A stretch of DNA of 37,314 nt from a virus (Duplodnaviria > Caudoviricetes), in the IMG/VR virus record IMGVR_UViG_3300049827_000308, positions 1 through 37,314 of that record; one strand, given 5' to 3'. Each line of letters begins with the position of its first letter. Within the stretch, counting starts at the first letter, position 1. Positions 18,296 to 27,371 of the stretch are shown piece after piece. A program made the translations under genes and the position numbers. The notes below the pieces were generated by a model. That model saw nothing but the letters and a program-made list of their open reading frames with translations. It did not search any database and was not told where the DNA came from.

Positions 18296-18955
18296 CTAGA
18301 TTGGAATTTCTTCCCAGGTGACCGAATACCCACCCAAGAACGTGGTCCCTGCCGCAACCCACGTCGGGACCCAACAAGACCCCGGCGCAATCACGATGTC
18401 CCCGTCAACGTACTCGACACATTTGAACCCGCCCAGGTTGGCCGCTGTCCCAGCCGTGATATAGAGGTCCGCTGCCCTGATAATGACCAGAGCCGTTGAC
18501 CCGGTAAGCGCCGACCCAGCAGCTGAAGCCAAACAACCGGCAATGGACGACGACCCAGCTTTAGCCGGATTGTTGCAAACAATCGCTCCGGCAGTCGATG
18601 CGATGGTCGGTGCAGTGCGAGAATACGAATGGAACACGGGAGGAATAGGAGACGTTCCGCTGATCGGCCATACCATGAACTTGAGAATCGAAAGGTTCTT
18701 GTTTGAATTTGGAGGATTCCACACGGCAAACTGCGTACTCGCAGCAGCCGCCGCCCCGTTGATGTTACCTGCCGCAATGGTCGAGGACCACGCCGCCAGG
18801 TTTGCGCTGAATACGTTCCCGCGCGATGTGGCTTCGTAATATTTGCCCTGACCCTGTGCCATGACCAGAGCGTTGACTCGGCTGGCCCGCGAGTATGGCG
18901 ACACCACTCCGTCTGCTGTTTCGACGTACCCTGTTCTGACTCCATCGAGAGGCAT
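18296..18955 (-). CDS. Beta-rich virion structural protein (head decoration/fibre), paralog of 12568..13233
   Basis: 219 aa, SD AGGAG. Motifs GKYYE..RGNVFS, VWNPPNS..NL, DGDIVIAPG, WEEIPI. Confidence 0.65.
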   Translation of the reverse strand: MPLDGVRTGYVETADGVVSPYSRASRVNALVMAQGQGKYYEATSRGNVFSANLAAWSSTIAAGNINGAAAAASTQFAVWNPPNSNKNLSILKFMVWPISGTSPIPPVFHSYSRTAPTIASTAGAIVCNNPAKAGSSSIAGCLASAAGSALTGSTALVIIRAADLYITAGTAANLGGFKCVEYVDGDIVIAPGSCWVPTWVAAGTTFLGGYSVTWEEIPI

Positions 18956-18966
18956 TTTGTTTTCTC

Positions 18967-19230
18967 CTATGCAATGAGGCTAAGTGCCTTGAGTTTCGTT
19001 TCCAGTTCAGCCATGCGCACCTGAAGATTCTCGATGACCTTCAGTACCGAATTCCCCTCGTCGGCAGTCACAAACCCGTATGGTGACGAGGTTGTCAGGT
19101 TTTGGATCGCATAATCTGGCGAGCTCGGCGCAGTGTAGGTCAACGTGGTAAGTTGCGTAGTCAGAGCGCTCTGTTGTGCCTGTGCCTTGCTGCTCCTTGC
19201 TTTCGTCGGTCTTAATTTAACGGCCATCAA
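18967..19230 (-). CDS. Putative head fibre/decoration protein
   Basis: 87 aa in the head module. C-terminal coiled coil ending LETKLKALSLIA resembles head-fibre termini. Confidence 0.5.
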   Translation of the reverse strand: MMAVKLRPTKARSSKAQAQQSALTTQLTTLTYTAPSSPDYAIQNLTTSSPYGFVTADEGNSVLKVIENLQVRMAELETKLKALSLIA

Positions 19231-19631
19231 TCACCCTCCTGGACGTTCTTGCGCCGTCCCCGTCTCCTCATCTCCGACGGCGAAAACACTTCCGGCTCGA
19301 TTTTAGGTGCGAGCGTTGTAGCGGATAGAGGCTCTGGGTCTGTTTCTTCCTTAGGACCTTCCAACTCAAACGCGTACTTGAACTTTCGGTCTACCTTGAC
19401 ACCGTTGCGCGCCAACGTAACGAGCTTCTTGTCAACCAAGACCGAAAAATCCAGTGGCTCGAAAAATCTCGGGATCAGTTCGTTGTTCTTCGGATCGACA
19501 ACATCGACGCCGAACGGATGCCAAACCCCACCGCTATAATCCCATTGAAGGCTCCCGAGCACTTCAACCGTATCTCCTGGATTTCGCAGGCAGTCCCTCC
19601 AAAAACACTTCTCTCGACAAACCCAGAGCAT
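19227..19631 (-). CDS. Hypothetical head-module protein
   Basis: 134 aa, SD GGAGAGG, coupled to the next gene. Confidence 0.6.
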   Translation of the reverse strand: MLWVCREKCFWRDCLRNPGDTVEVLGSLQWDYSGGVWHPFGVDVVDPKNNELIPRFFEPLDFSVLVDKKLVTLARNGVKVDRKFKYAFELEGPKEETDPEPLSATTLAPKIEPEVFSPSEMRRRGRRKNVQEGD

Positions 19632-19641
19632 ACCCTCTCCT

Positions 19642-20082
19642 TTACACGTTGGACGCCGGAACAGGAGACAGCCAGGCCGTGTAAGTGCCGCTTTCGAACC
19701 CGGCCGTTGTCGTCACGACCTGAAGCCTCATGTAAGCCAGCATTTGCGGCCTGGGAAGCGCCACACTGAATGTCTTTCCAGCAACGAGCATCGCCGCAGT
19801 CTGTCCAGTGCAGACCTGCAACAGAACGGTTGTGGGTGCGGTCGAAGCGCCATGGACAATGTTCATGGCAACCGTCCCGCTCCCGGAGGAAGCCCCGGCG
19901 GCTGTCATGACGATGTTGAGAAAAACAGGTTCGCCCATGCCAATGTCCGGATTGGCCAATGTCGTTCCGAATGCATCTTTCCCCGCCCCGAAAAAGATCT
20001 CGTCCGTGCTGTACTCCGTGGTAGCCGTGGACGGAAGAGCCACGTCCTCGGATAACAAGGCCTTTGCATCGATTGCAGTCAT
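19642..20082 (-). CDS. Bbp16-like capsid cement protein
   Basis: IDAKALLSEDVAL..STDEI..DIGMGEPVFLNI..YMRL, directly after the major capsid gene as in BPP-1. Confidence 0.75.
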   Translation of the reverse strand: MTAIDAKALLSEDVALPSTATTEYSTDEIFFGAGKDAFGTTLANPDIGMGEPVFLNIVMTAAGASSGSGTVAMNIVHGASTAPTTVLLQVCTGQTAAMLVAGKTFSVALPRPQMLAYMRLQVVTTTAGFESGTYTAWLSPVPASNV

Positions 20083-20136
20083 GATTCGAAACTCCTTCCA
20101 GCCCGGAGAGACACTGCACTCCAGGCCAATATCAGG

Positions 20137-21102
20137 TTAGGAAATCGCTGTTTCCGTATTGACGATCATTTCGTCCACATAGATGGGGACACCCAGAAGA
20201 GCCGGGACATCGCCGTCTCCATACGGGTCCTTCATGCTGTGGAACACGTTCGACTTGTCCTTGATCGAAATCAGGATCTGCGAATGGACATTGATCGAAC
20301 AATACCCAACCGCCCCACGGCCCTGATCCCTCATCCAGTTTTTCACCTTGACGAGCACGTCCTCGTCAAAAATGTTCGTCGTCCCGGACGTCTCAATGTT
20401 GGCGACACGTGCGATGCACCTCGGATCGCGCACGACAAGTCCCGCATCCCAAGAAAAATGATCACGGTAAACCCGATACAAATAACCGCTAGAGTCGGTT
20501 TTTTCGGTTTCTCCGATTGCAGTGTGCTTCAATCCGGCCATGGACCCACGCGGATAAACCATATGGACCCTGTCCGCCCTCCACTGGACGAGATAGATAC
20601 TCGACACGTCAGAGCCAGTCCCGCCGCACCCCTGTACATTTGTTGTGTTGAGCGTGGCCATGCGCGGAGCCAGACCCGTCCACTTTTCCGGATCGACGAG
20701 CGCGTTCCCATAAAACAGCTGGGAGCTCATCGTCTGCCCAAGGCCTTCGATGAAGGCGACATTTTCGTCTGTCCTGAATTGCACCTTGTTGGGCATGGAA
20801 TTGACCAACTTCAGGTCGTGATCGGCAAACGCCTCAAGCATACCGATGGTATCCCGAATCTGTTTGGACTGACCAACCTCTGATGGGACTCCGGCATTGA
20901 ATTTTCTGAATGTTCCGGCGGGGAGGCTGTACCTCTGGGTGGTCACATGACTAAAGAGGTCGTTCGACTCGACAAAAACGGCATGCTGCAAGCACGGCCG
21001 CGACTTGTGCAAGACCTCGGCCATGGGCAGCATTTCGCCATTGTGCTGCCGCTTTGCAACTTCAAGCAGTGTCAGCTGTGTACTCTGGGTCAACGTGGGC
21101 AT
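20137..21102 (-). CDS. Major capsid protein (HK97 fold, BPP-1 Bbp17-like)
   Basis: 321 aa. Motifs LTLLEVAKR, LPAGTFRKFNAGV, LFYGN..KWTGLAPR, GLVVRDPRCIARVANI, GVPI..IVNTE. Confidence 0.9.
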   Translation of the reverse strand: MPTLTQSTQLTLLEVAKRQHNGEMLPMAEVLHKSRPCLQHAVFVESNDLFSHVTTQRYSLPAGTFRKFNAGVPSEVGQSKQIRDTIGMLEAFADHDLKLVNSMPNKVQFRTDENVAFIEGLGQTMSSQLFYGNALVDPEKWTGLAPRMATLNTTNVQGCGGTGSDVSSIYLVQWRADRVHMVYPRGSMAGLKHTAIGETEKTDSSGYLYRVYRDHFSWDAGLVVRDPRCIARVANIETSGTTNIFDEDVLVKVKNWMRDQGRGAVGYCSINVHSQILISIKDKSNVFHSMKDPYGDGDVPALLGVPIYVDEMIVNTETAIS

Positions 21103-21152
21103 AATATGACTCCTTTGTCTGTCTCACGACAGTCTCGGAGTCCACGGCGCTA

Positions 21153-21911
21153 CTATTTAACTCCAAACCCATCCTCGTATTTCAGGATTGGGTGGCCCGA
21201 AAGCGTGCGCCTGGGCTCCGTCAATTTGTTTCCTGATCCCGATATGAAACGGTCCTCCGAATAATACTTCCCGATGACTGAAAACATCTTCACAAGAGCC
21301 TGATTCGTCGGAAGAGCTTCTGCCAACGCGGCAACCTCCTCATTGCTCATTCCGGCGTCCGATCCTGAACCCTCCAATCCCTTGATGGCCAGAGCCACCT
21401 TTGCATCGAACTGCTCGCCCCACTCCTTTTGCATCGCTTCCTTGGCCACCAGTTTCTGCGCTTCCCGATATTCCGACAGAGACTCGACCACGCGATTCAT
21501 AATGCCCTGGACCTGAGCCTCATTCAGCCCGGATTCATGGCTGGCTGCAATGAACCGCTCCAAGACCGGATCCCCTTTGGGAACCCCATTGGGCAGAGAC
21601 AGCTTGTACCCATCCGCTGTTTCAGGCACCCCGGTAGCCTTTCGGATCGCATCTCGAAATGCTGAGCGCTCTTCGTCGGTTGCGTTCTCTCCAGGGACCG
21701 CAATCGCTCCCTTGAGCTTGCCTTCCAACGCGGTGTACGCGGTCAAGACATCCTCGACACCCTTGGCTTCCTTGAATACCGACAATGTCTCGTTCGACTT
21801 CACCTCGTCAGGAAGCGAGTCGAACCATGAGCCTACCGGTGGGCTTGCTCCGTCAGAGCTTGCCGGTTCAACGTTCGTATTCGTGTTGGAATTCTCAGAC
21901 ATCTTCGCCAC
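21153..21911 (-). CDS. Capsid scaffolding/assembly protein (start may be ATG 21902)
   Basis: Helical and acidic. SWFDSLPDE, GVPETADGY, QKEWGEQFD. Lies between portal and capsid. Confidence 0.75.
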   Translation of the reverse strand: MAKMSENSNTNTNVEPASSDGASPPVGSWFDSLPDEVKSNETLSVFKEAKGVEDVLTAYTALEGKLKGAIAVPGENATDEERSAFRDAIRKATGVPETADGYKLSLPNGVPKGDPVLERFIAASHESGLNEAQVQGIMNRVVESLSEYREAQKLVAKEAMQKEWGEQFDAKVALAIKGLEGSGSDAGMSNEEVAALAEALPTNQALVKMFSVIGKYYSEDRFISGSGNKLTEPRRTLSGHPILKYEDGFGVK

Positions 21912-22188
21912 TCCATGAAGGATCGATCGTTCTCAACATGTTGTCCTCTATCCCGCTCAACTCGAGAATCCGTTGGATAGACGACTTCTTGCCGTCTCCG
22001 AACCCCGCACTATACAAGGGATGCTCATGCTGAATAACCGATCGGTCGAACAAGTGCTGATTCTGTATCAAGTCCATGATCACAATGTAGGCGTCAGGAC
22101 TTGTGAACACATTGTGGTACGCCAACTTTAACCGTTTCTTGTCCTCGCAATACCGCTTGATCATCTTGTTCCGCTTCGCCTGATTCAT
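21895..22188 (-). CDS. Bbp19-like small head-module protein
   Basis: YHNVFTSPDAYIVIMDL..FGDGKKS, immediately after the portal. Confidence 0.6.
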   Translation of the reverse strand: MNQAKRNKMIKRYCEDKKRLKLAYHNVFTSPDAYIVIMDLIQNQHLFDRSVIQHEHPLYSAGFGDGKKSSIQRILELSGIEDNMLRTIDPSWSGEDV

Positions 22189-23843
22189 TTGCCCATCCCT
22201 AGCAAGGCGGTCATCGCGTTGGGTTGCGCCGGATCGAGAGGTATCTGTCCAATGGATTTAGCCGCCTCGACGGCCGCCATTCCGGCCTGAGCTTGCGTCA
22301 TGGCCTGCTGTTGTTGCTGCCTGGACCACCTCAATTGCCGAACGGCCTCCGGAGAACGAATTACTTCAGACGGAAGCTTCTCGCGATCGGCAATGACCGC
22401 ATAGGCCTTGTCCACGTCGAAATTGTCCAGAACGGAAGGGTCACCGGTCGCTTGAGCGATCAGCGCCGTTTTTTGCAGCACCGACAGAATCGAATCGCTG
22501 TCGCGCCTGCGTTGCGCCAGGAACAGGGGAGACATGTACTCCGTTTGTATCTTGTCGGCGTACCGATAAACAATTTCAGGCGCGGGCGGGAAATATCCAT
22601 CCTCGAAAAGGATATTGAAAATCCTGTCCAGGTCGCTGTCCAAATGCTCGCGCTTTTGCCGAGAGATAACCGGCCCGAGCAGTTGCACCTTTTCCTGCTT
22701 CCGCTCAAGCGCCTCGGTAGCGGTCATCCGATTGTCCGCCTGCGTGATCGCAAGAAACACGTCCACGTGGAACCAACGTTGCACAGCGCGCGCCTGCCTA
22801 TCCTGCAACTCCAATCCGAATGGAATGTTCAGCCCTGAGACAATCGGCCTAATCTCTCCGCTATTCGGCTGGTAGAAATTGATCGCACCGGCGCTCAGGT
22901 CGAGGTTCTTTGTGTACCCGTCGTCAGGGGCTTGAAGCGCTGGCTCCACCATGCGCTGTCCGGCTATCAGATTGGTGGCGGCCATTTCGTTCAGCACGCC
23001 CATATCGCTGATCGCCTTTATGGCCGGCCCTCTTCCGTATCGCTCCCTTCCTTGCTTGTACATCCTGGACACACTGAACGGGAACGTTCGGTAACCACCC
23101 TCTGACAAGAGCAGACGTTCTCCCGGATAAATGTGTACCGATGCAAACGACATGTTTTCCAGATCACGCTTGGACGGGTCGTAATCTCCCCTGGGGTACA
23201 CACAATGCAAAAACTTGAACTCGTCGTCCTTGTTGCCGCTTTCGTCGGCTCGTCGGATGCAATCCGGAAGATCGCCAGGCTTGAACCGTTTCATCGCATC
23301 ACGGGCCGACAGAACGTATTCGAGGAAAATCGTGTCTACGATACTCGAGTCATTTTCCACAAACACGCATTCCGTAAGATCCACCATGCGACAGTTGATA
23401 ATCTTTTGTTCCGTTGTCTCGATGTATTTGACACCGGTCCCGAACGCCACCTGACTTTCGAACATCTGGAAAGCGACATCTCCGTAATTCGAGTCGTTGA
23501 TAGCCCTGAAGGTAATATCCTCACAGGATTCGAGCCATTGCTTGACTTCAGGGACTTCAAAGAGCTCAGGCGGCATCACGGACCATGCAAACCATTTGTA
23601 AGCGTCTGGACACAGGCCCGAGTAAATACCCGCTACCATCACGTCCTTTGCCGATTCCGGGGTTCCGTCGTAAATCTTTGTTCCGCGTTTCTCGCCTGGC
23701 GTCCTCGTACCAGCAGACATTGACCCAATTTGTGCGTTGACGTATTGCCCCGAAAGATTCCAGAGCGATTCCCATTGCACACGCTCGTTTTTCAGGCGCT
23801 CATTGCGTTCGATCAATTGCTTGACCAAATCCTCTTTAACCAT
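22185..23843 (-). CDS. Portal / head-to-tail connector
   Basis: Start moved to MVKEDLVKQ. Motifs IYDGT, FGTG, YGRGPA, MTATEALERKQEK, EYMSPL. Confidence 0.92.
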   Translation of the reverse strand: MVKEDLVKQLIERNERLKNERVQWESLWNLSGQYVNAQIGSMSAGTRTPGEKRGTKIYDGTPESAKDVMVAGIYSGLCPDAYKWFAWSVMPPELFEVPEVKQWLESCEDITFRAINDSNYGDVAFQMFESQVAFGTGVKYIETTEQKIINCRMVDLTECVFVENDSSIVDTIFLEYVLSARDAMKRFKPGDLPDCIRRADESGNKDDEFKFLHCVYPRGDYDPSKRDLENMSFASVHIYPGERLLLSEGGYRTFPFSVSRMYKQGRERYGRGPAIKAISDMGVLNEMAATNLIAGQRMVEPALQAPDDGYTKNLDLSAGAINFYQPNSGEIRPIVSGLNIPFGLELQDRQARAVQRWFHVDVFLAITQADNRMTATEALERKQEKVQLLGPVISRQKREHLDSDLDRIFNILFEDGYFPPAPEIVYRYADKIQTEYMSPLFLAQRRRDSDSILSVLQKTALIAQATGDPSVLDNFDVDKAYAVIADREKLPSEVIRSPEAVRQLRWSRQQQQQAMTQAQAGMAAVEAAKSIGQIPLDPAQPNAMTALLGMGK

Positions 23844-25143
23844 GTGCGGACCTCGTGAAATAACCGAGTGGGTCTTTGGTTTGGCGCACTCGTGGCAAAT
23901 TCTCGACACGACGCACCGGAGCGGCGAAAGTGAGTGCAAGTGCGTCACCCCTGTTCGGACTCGGAATCCCACGCTTTTTCATCTGCTCTTTCCCCTCCAG
24001 ACCAACGCGCCCATCGAGTTTGACGTCGTATTCAGGACCGACCATGTCTGCTCTCAGTATGGGATCATCCGGAAGGCTCCCGCCGTCCCGCATCCATTGC
24101 AAAGCCAGAGCCCACATTTCCGTCCGCTTGTTCTGCCACTGCGGATCCGTTGACGCCCCACCAAAACTCACGAGCCGCCACTTTCGGCCCCACGACTTAC
24201 CGACACTGGCAACTCCGGTTCCGTATCCGAAATCGATGAACACCGCAGCGGCTTGATGCTTGTCCTCAAATTGAGCAAGAATCTTGGCAAGCCACACGTC
24301 GTCCTCTATCTTGTAGCCCGTCCACAGGATTTCAAAATGCAGCCCGCGACGCATTCCGATCACATACTCGTCATCTCCAGACCACGCCGGATCGAGGGAC
24401 AGGATCACAGGGGCATGAAGTACATCTCGCTCCGCAACAACTCTCCGAATCGCCTCATCGACAATTTCAGACGCGATAAATTGCTTTGACGAAGACACGT
24501 CGAACGCGCACTCGAATTCCTGCGCGTATTGATTTGGGCTCATTTGCCGACGAGCTTCCTCCAGCTCGGATTCGGGCAGAACACCTGTTTCGCTGGCGCG
24601 ATACATCCCGACCCACCATTTTGAGTCGCGAATCGCTTCCTGGTAAATATCCGAAAACAGGTTCCGTCCTTTCGGTGTCCCGATGAACACCGCACTTCCA
24701 CCTCTGTCTGCGATTGCAGGTCGAATAATCTCCCCCCAAACAATTGGTTTCATCTGGGCGACCTCATCGAGGACGACACAGTCAAAATACATCCCACGCA
24801 GGGCATCGGGGTTGTCGGCCCCAAACAGTCTGACCCGTCCGTTGTTGGGGAGCTGCACCCAAAGCTCCGATTCGTTTTTGACGACTCCAGGGATCGGTGC
24901 GGTGTAACGCCGCAAATAGTCCCAGGCCACCGATTTCGCCTGCGCATAAAGGGGGGCAATGTACGCGCACCTGGGTTCCGGAAGTGTGCATGTGGCCGCC
25001 ATTTTGACCAGATGGTTGACCACGGCCACCGTTTTTCCAAAACGACGATGCGCTACAATACAAGCGAAACGATGCGACTCTATTTGACGGTGCATTTCCA
25101 CCTGATGATTGCGTGGAGAGTATGGGATCGTCACGACTGCCAT
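23836..25143 (-). CDS. terL: Terminase large subunit
   Basis: Walker A HRRFGKT, Walker B VVLDE, FIGTPKG, QEFEC, nuclease LDPA..GDD, SPNRGDALALTFA. Confidence 0.95.
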   Translation of the reverse strand: MAVVTIPYSPRNHQVEMHRQIESHRFACIVAHRRFGKTVAVVNHLVKMAATCTLPEPRCAYIAPLYAQAKSVAWDYLRRYTAPIPGVVKNESELWVQLPNNGRVRLFGADNPDALRGMYFDCVVLDEVAQMKPIVWGEIIRPAIADRGGSAVFIGTPKGRNLFSDIYQEAIRDSKWWVGMYRASETGVLPESELEEARRQMSPNQYAQEFECAFDVSSSKQFIASEIVDEAIRRVVAERDVLHAPVILSLDPAWSGDDEYVIGMRRGLHFEILWTGYKIEDDVWLAKILAQFEDKHQAAAVFIDFGYGTGVASVGKSWGRKWRLVSFGGASTDPQWQNKRTEMWALALQWMRDGGSLPDDPILRADMVGPEYDVKLDGRVGLEGKEQMKKRGIPSPNRGDALALTFAAPVRRVENLPRVRQTKDPLGYFTRSAHG

Positions 25144-25628
25144 TTGATCTCAATTCCCCCGTCAACTTTTAGCCGCTCGACAAACAGCCCCAGGTGCTTG
25201 CCTATTTTTTCGAGAGCCGAGTTCTTGTCCCACAACCGGACTTCCTTGACGGTCTCCTTGACCTTGTTCCCGTCCTCGTCGGTGGTCCACTCCTGTCTCA
25301 CCTTGACGGATGACACCGCCGGAGCAGTGTCTTCCGGCCAGGCGTTCATCGGTAGGAGGTTCCCGTCCGCATCGAACAGTTTCCGAACGTCGCTGAAGCC
25401 CAGGCGGGCAAGCTCCAAAACCACCCTGTCTTGAGTCACCTCGGTTCGTATCTGTCGATCCCTCTGTCTTTCCGCGATCTTATCCGCAACGTTAGGTTTC
25501 GTCAGGAGGGCTCGCCCCCAATTTGGGTCGCTGTATCCGGCGCGTTGAGCGGCCGCCGTCGCGTTGAGATCGATCAGGTACTCATCGACGAACCGCTTCT
25601 GCATGTTAGTCAGTCTGGCGTTGCTCAC
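25131..25628 (-). CDS. terS: Terminase small subunit
   Basis: LTNMQKRFVDEYLIDLNATAAAQRAGYS..DKNSALEKIGKHLGLF. Confidence 0.93.
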   Translation of the reverse strand: MSNARLTNMQKRFVDEYLIDLNATAAAQRAGYSDPNWGRALLTKPNVADKIAERQRDRQIRTEVTQDRVVLELARLGFSDVRKLFDADGNLLPMNAWPEDTAPAVSSVKVRQEWTTDEDGNKVKETVKEVRLWDKNSALEKIGKHLGLFVERLKVDGGIEIKWQS

Positions 25629-25752
25629 GACTCATCCATCCGACAATCCCACTGGCTATAGCGAGTAGGATCTCCTTGCTTTCGGTTGGTGTAAAACAGC
25701 TCGTAATCCCGATCCCAACCAATGCCAGCATAGCAAAGACCTCATCACTCAC
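25606..25752 (-). CDS. Small membrane protein with two hydrophobic segments (holin-like candidate)
   Basis: GTG 25752 with SD GAGGT. SDEVFAMLALVGIGITSCFTPTESKEILLAIASGIVGWMSR. Confidence 0.5.
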   Translation of the reverse strand: MSDEVFAMLALVGIGITSCFTPTESKEILLAIASGIVGWMSREQRQTD

Positions 25753-25778
25753 CGCGCACCACCTCACGACACAACCCC

Positions 25779-26141
25779 TTATGGATTTCCGCCGACCGTG
25801 ATGTTTGCATGTTCGACCTGTATCTTCAGCTCCAGACAATTCCCAAGAACCGGAGCGGAACACACTTCATTGCTGTACGCGGACTGCCTGCCATGCGCGT
25901 CTTTGGCCGTGGCCGCGAAACAGTAAACCGTTTTCGGATCGAGTCCGCTCACGGTTCCGCGCAACTGGTTCCCGACATCGAGGAGCTGCGTGTACTTCCC
26001 GGACTCGACTCCCCAATGCAGCTGGTAGGAAGAGACCAATTGTGGGGTGTCGTGGTTCCAGATGAAACGAAGATCAGCGGCGACAGCGAACGCCGACGGG
26101 AGACACCAGACCATGAATAGCTGTAGGATTCGTTTCTTCAT
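25779..26141 (-). CDS. Secreted single fibronectin type III domain protein
   Basis: Signal peptide MKKRILQLFMVWCLPSAFAVAA, then W..YQLHWG..SGKY..DVGN..TVSGLD..YCFAATAKD..G.QSAYSNEV. Confidence 0.75.
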   Translation of the reverse strand: MKKRILQLFMVWCLPSAFAVAADLRFIWNHDTPQLVSSYQLHWGVESGKYTQLLDVGNQLRGTVSGLDPKTVYCFAATAKDAHGRQSAYSNEVCSAPVLGNCLELKIQVEHANITVGGNP

Positions 26142-26142
26142 C

Positions 26143-26370
26143 TCACAACCCAAGCGCGGTAGCTGGAACAGTCGCGTCAGCCGTCGTCGTCACGGTTTTG
26201 GGCTGACTCGTCGTGACTTCGATCCGACTGTTCGTCCCGGTCGCGTAATTGTTCACCGTAACAGTCATGCACCCAGTCAACCCGACCGACACAGCAAATA
26301 ATGCAGCAGTCCAGACGGCACGTTCGATTCCAGAGGCACTGTTTCCGATACGCGCATATTGACATCTCAT
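26143..26370 (-). CDS. Small lipoprotein
   Basis: ATG 26370 overlaps the upstream TGA. Hydrophobic stretch with lipobox LTGC, then a Thr-rich tail. Confidence 0.6.
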   Translation of the reverse strand: MRCQYARIGNSASGIERAVWTAALFAVSVGLTGCMTVTVNNYATGTNSRIEVTTSQPKTVTTTADATVPATALGL

Positions 26371-26717
26371 TTTCCTACTCCCATCGACTTGAGAGCATAC
26401 GGAACGAGTATTTGCAGCATGGGCCACAGGATGAACGCGGCGCCAAGAATCCAGTTGAGCTTGTTGTCGATGGATCTCACTTTAATTTCTATCGTTTCGT
26501 TGAATCGTGTCTGACTTTCAATGTTTTTGTCGCATTGATTTTTTCGGCTCTGACATCGTTCGTCTAGCAGCTTACGCTCAACATCGTGGATCGCACAACG
26601 CCCACCATCCAATTCCTCCTCCCGTCTTCCCATCGAGGTCCGTCGAATGGTTTCCCTTCGATCCTCGAATTCTGGGTTTTCCACATCGTTGAACAGTTGG
26701 CCCACGATTTTAGACAT
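26367..26717 (-). CDS. Coiled-coil protein with a C-terminal TM helix (holin/XhlA-like candidate)
   Basis: Start moved to MSKIVGQ. RFNETIEIKVRSIDNKLNWILGAAFILWPMLQILV. Confidence 0.55.
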   Translation of the reverse strand: MSKIVGQLFNDVENPEFEDRRETIRRTSMGRREEELDGGRCAIHDVERKLLDERCQSRKNQCDKNIESQTRFNETIEIKVRSIDNKLNWILGAAFILWPMLQILVPYALKSMGVGK

Positions 26718-26730
26718 GCTTAAATCCCCG

Positions 26731-26985
26731 TCACTGAAGGCGGAAGATAGTTGGGGGTGTATTTTGAAGTGATTTTGTCGTCTTGTCCAGGTTTTTTTGC
26801 GATTGCGCGTTCTCGAAGCACCATCGCCTAGCATCCCACCTGGAGACAGTCATTGCGCTCTCCCAAGTTCCGTCAACACGCTCCCCGTGGTAGTGCTCGG
26901 TCACGTAAGACCAGATGACGCGATATCCTGCCGGAGGCATCTGCCTTGGGCAGAAGCGAATGACAACGAAATCATATTCGGTCAT
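26731..26985 (-). CDS. Hypothetical protein
   Basis: 84 aa, SD GGAG, overlaps the upstream gene. Confidence 0.5.
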   Translation of the reverse strand: MTEYDFVVIRFCPRQMPPAGYRVIWSYVTEHYHGERVDGTWESAMTVSRWDARRWCFENAQSQKNLDKTTKSLQNTPPTIFRLQ

Positions 26986-27163
26986 CTGAATTGTCTCCGC
27001 TAATCTTGGCGATCTGTACCGCAGGCTCCGTGCCCCGTGCCAAACAGTCGCAACAGATCACGTACACAACCAGGTCGTCTTCGCTCTCATACCATCCCCA
27101 TCTCCCGGTTGGACCGCCGCAGTTCCGGCAGCGAGGCAAGTCATGCTGAAGGTGTGAGGTCAT
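26972..27163 (-). CDS. Zinc-ribbon protein, Lar (restriction alleviation)-like
   Basis: LPRCRNCGG..YVICCDCLARG, SD GGAGG. Confidence 0.5.
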   Translation of the reverse strand: MTSHLQHDLPRCRNCGGPTGRWGWYESEDDLVVYVICCDCLARGTEPAVQIAKISGDNSDDRI

Positions 27164-27371
27164 TGCCGACCTCCTGAATCACGACCCGAGGGTGCTCCAT
27201 CCTCGCGTCGAGGATCTCAACCATCCTGTCGCACAGTTCGCGTTGTAATGGCGCTATTGCAGCGCGTATGGACATGGGTCCACTGGATGCCAGTAGGGTG
27301 GATTGCAGTTTACAGCGCACTGAGTAGGTCATGCCGTTGACTGTTACTGAAAGCTCGATTTGGTCTGTCAT
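27141..27371 (-). CDS. Hypothetical protein
   Basis: Start moved to MTDQIELS (ATGA overlap, SD GGAGGGG). Confidence 0.55.
   Translation of the reverse strand: MTDQIELSVTVNGMTYSVRCKLQSTLLASSGPMSIRAAIAPLQRELCDRMVEILDARMEHPRVVIQEVGNDLTPSA

Noticed and set aside
20101-20126. Hairpin after the capsid stop as an intrinsic terminator
   Set aside because: The stem GCCTGGAG/CTCCGGGC is present but has no U-tract. At most it is a stabilising or processing element.
1-25143. Diversity-generating retroelement, suggested by the BPP-1-like head genes
   Set aside because: No reverse transcriptase, Avd or adenine-variant repeat pair was seen in the window. It cannot be excluded beyond the left edge.
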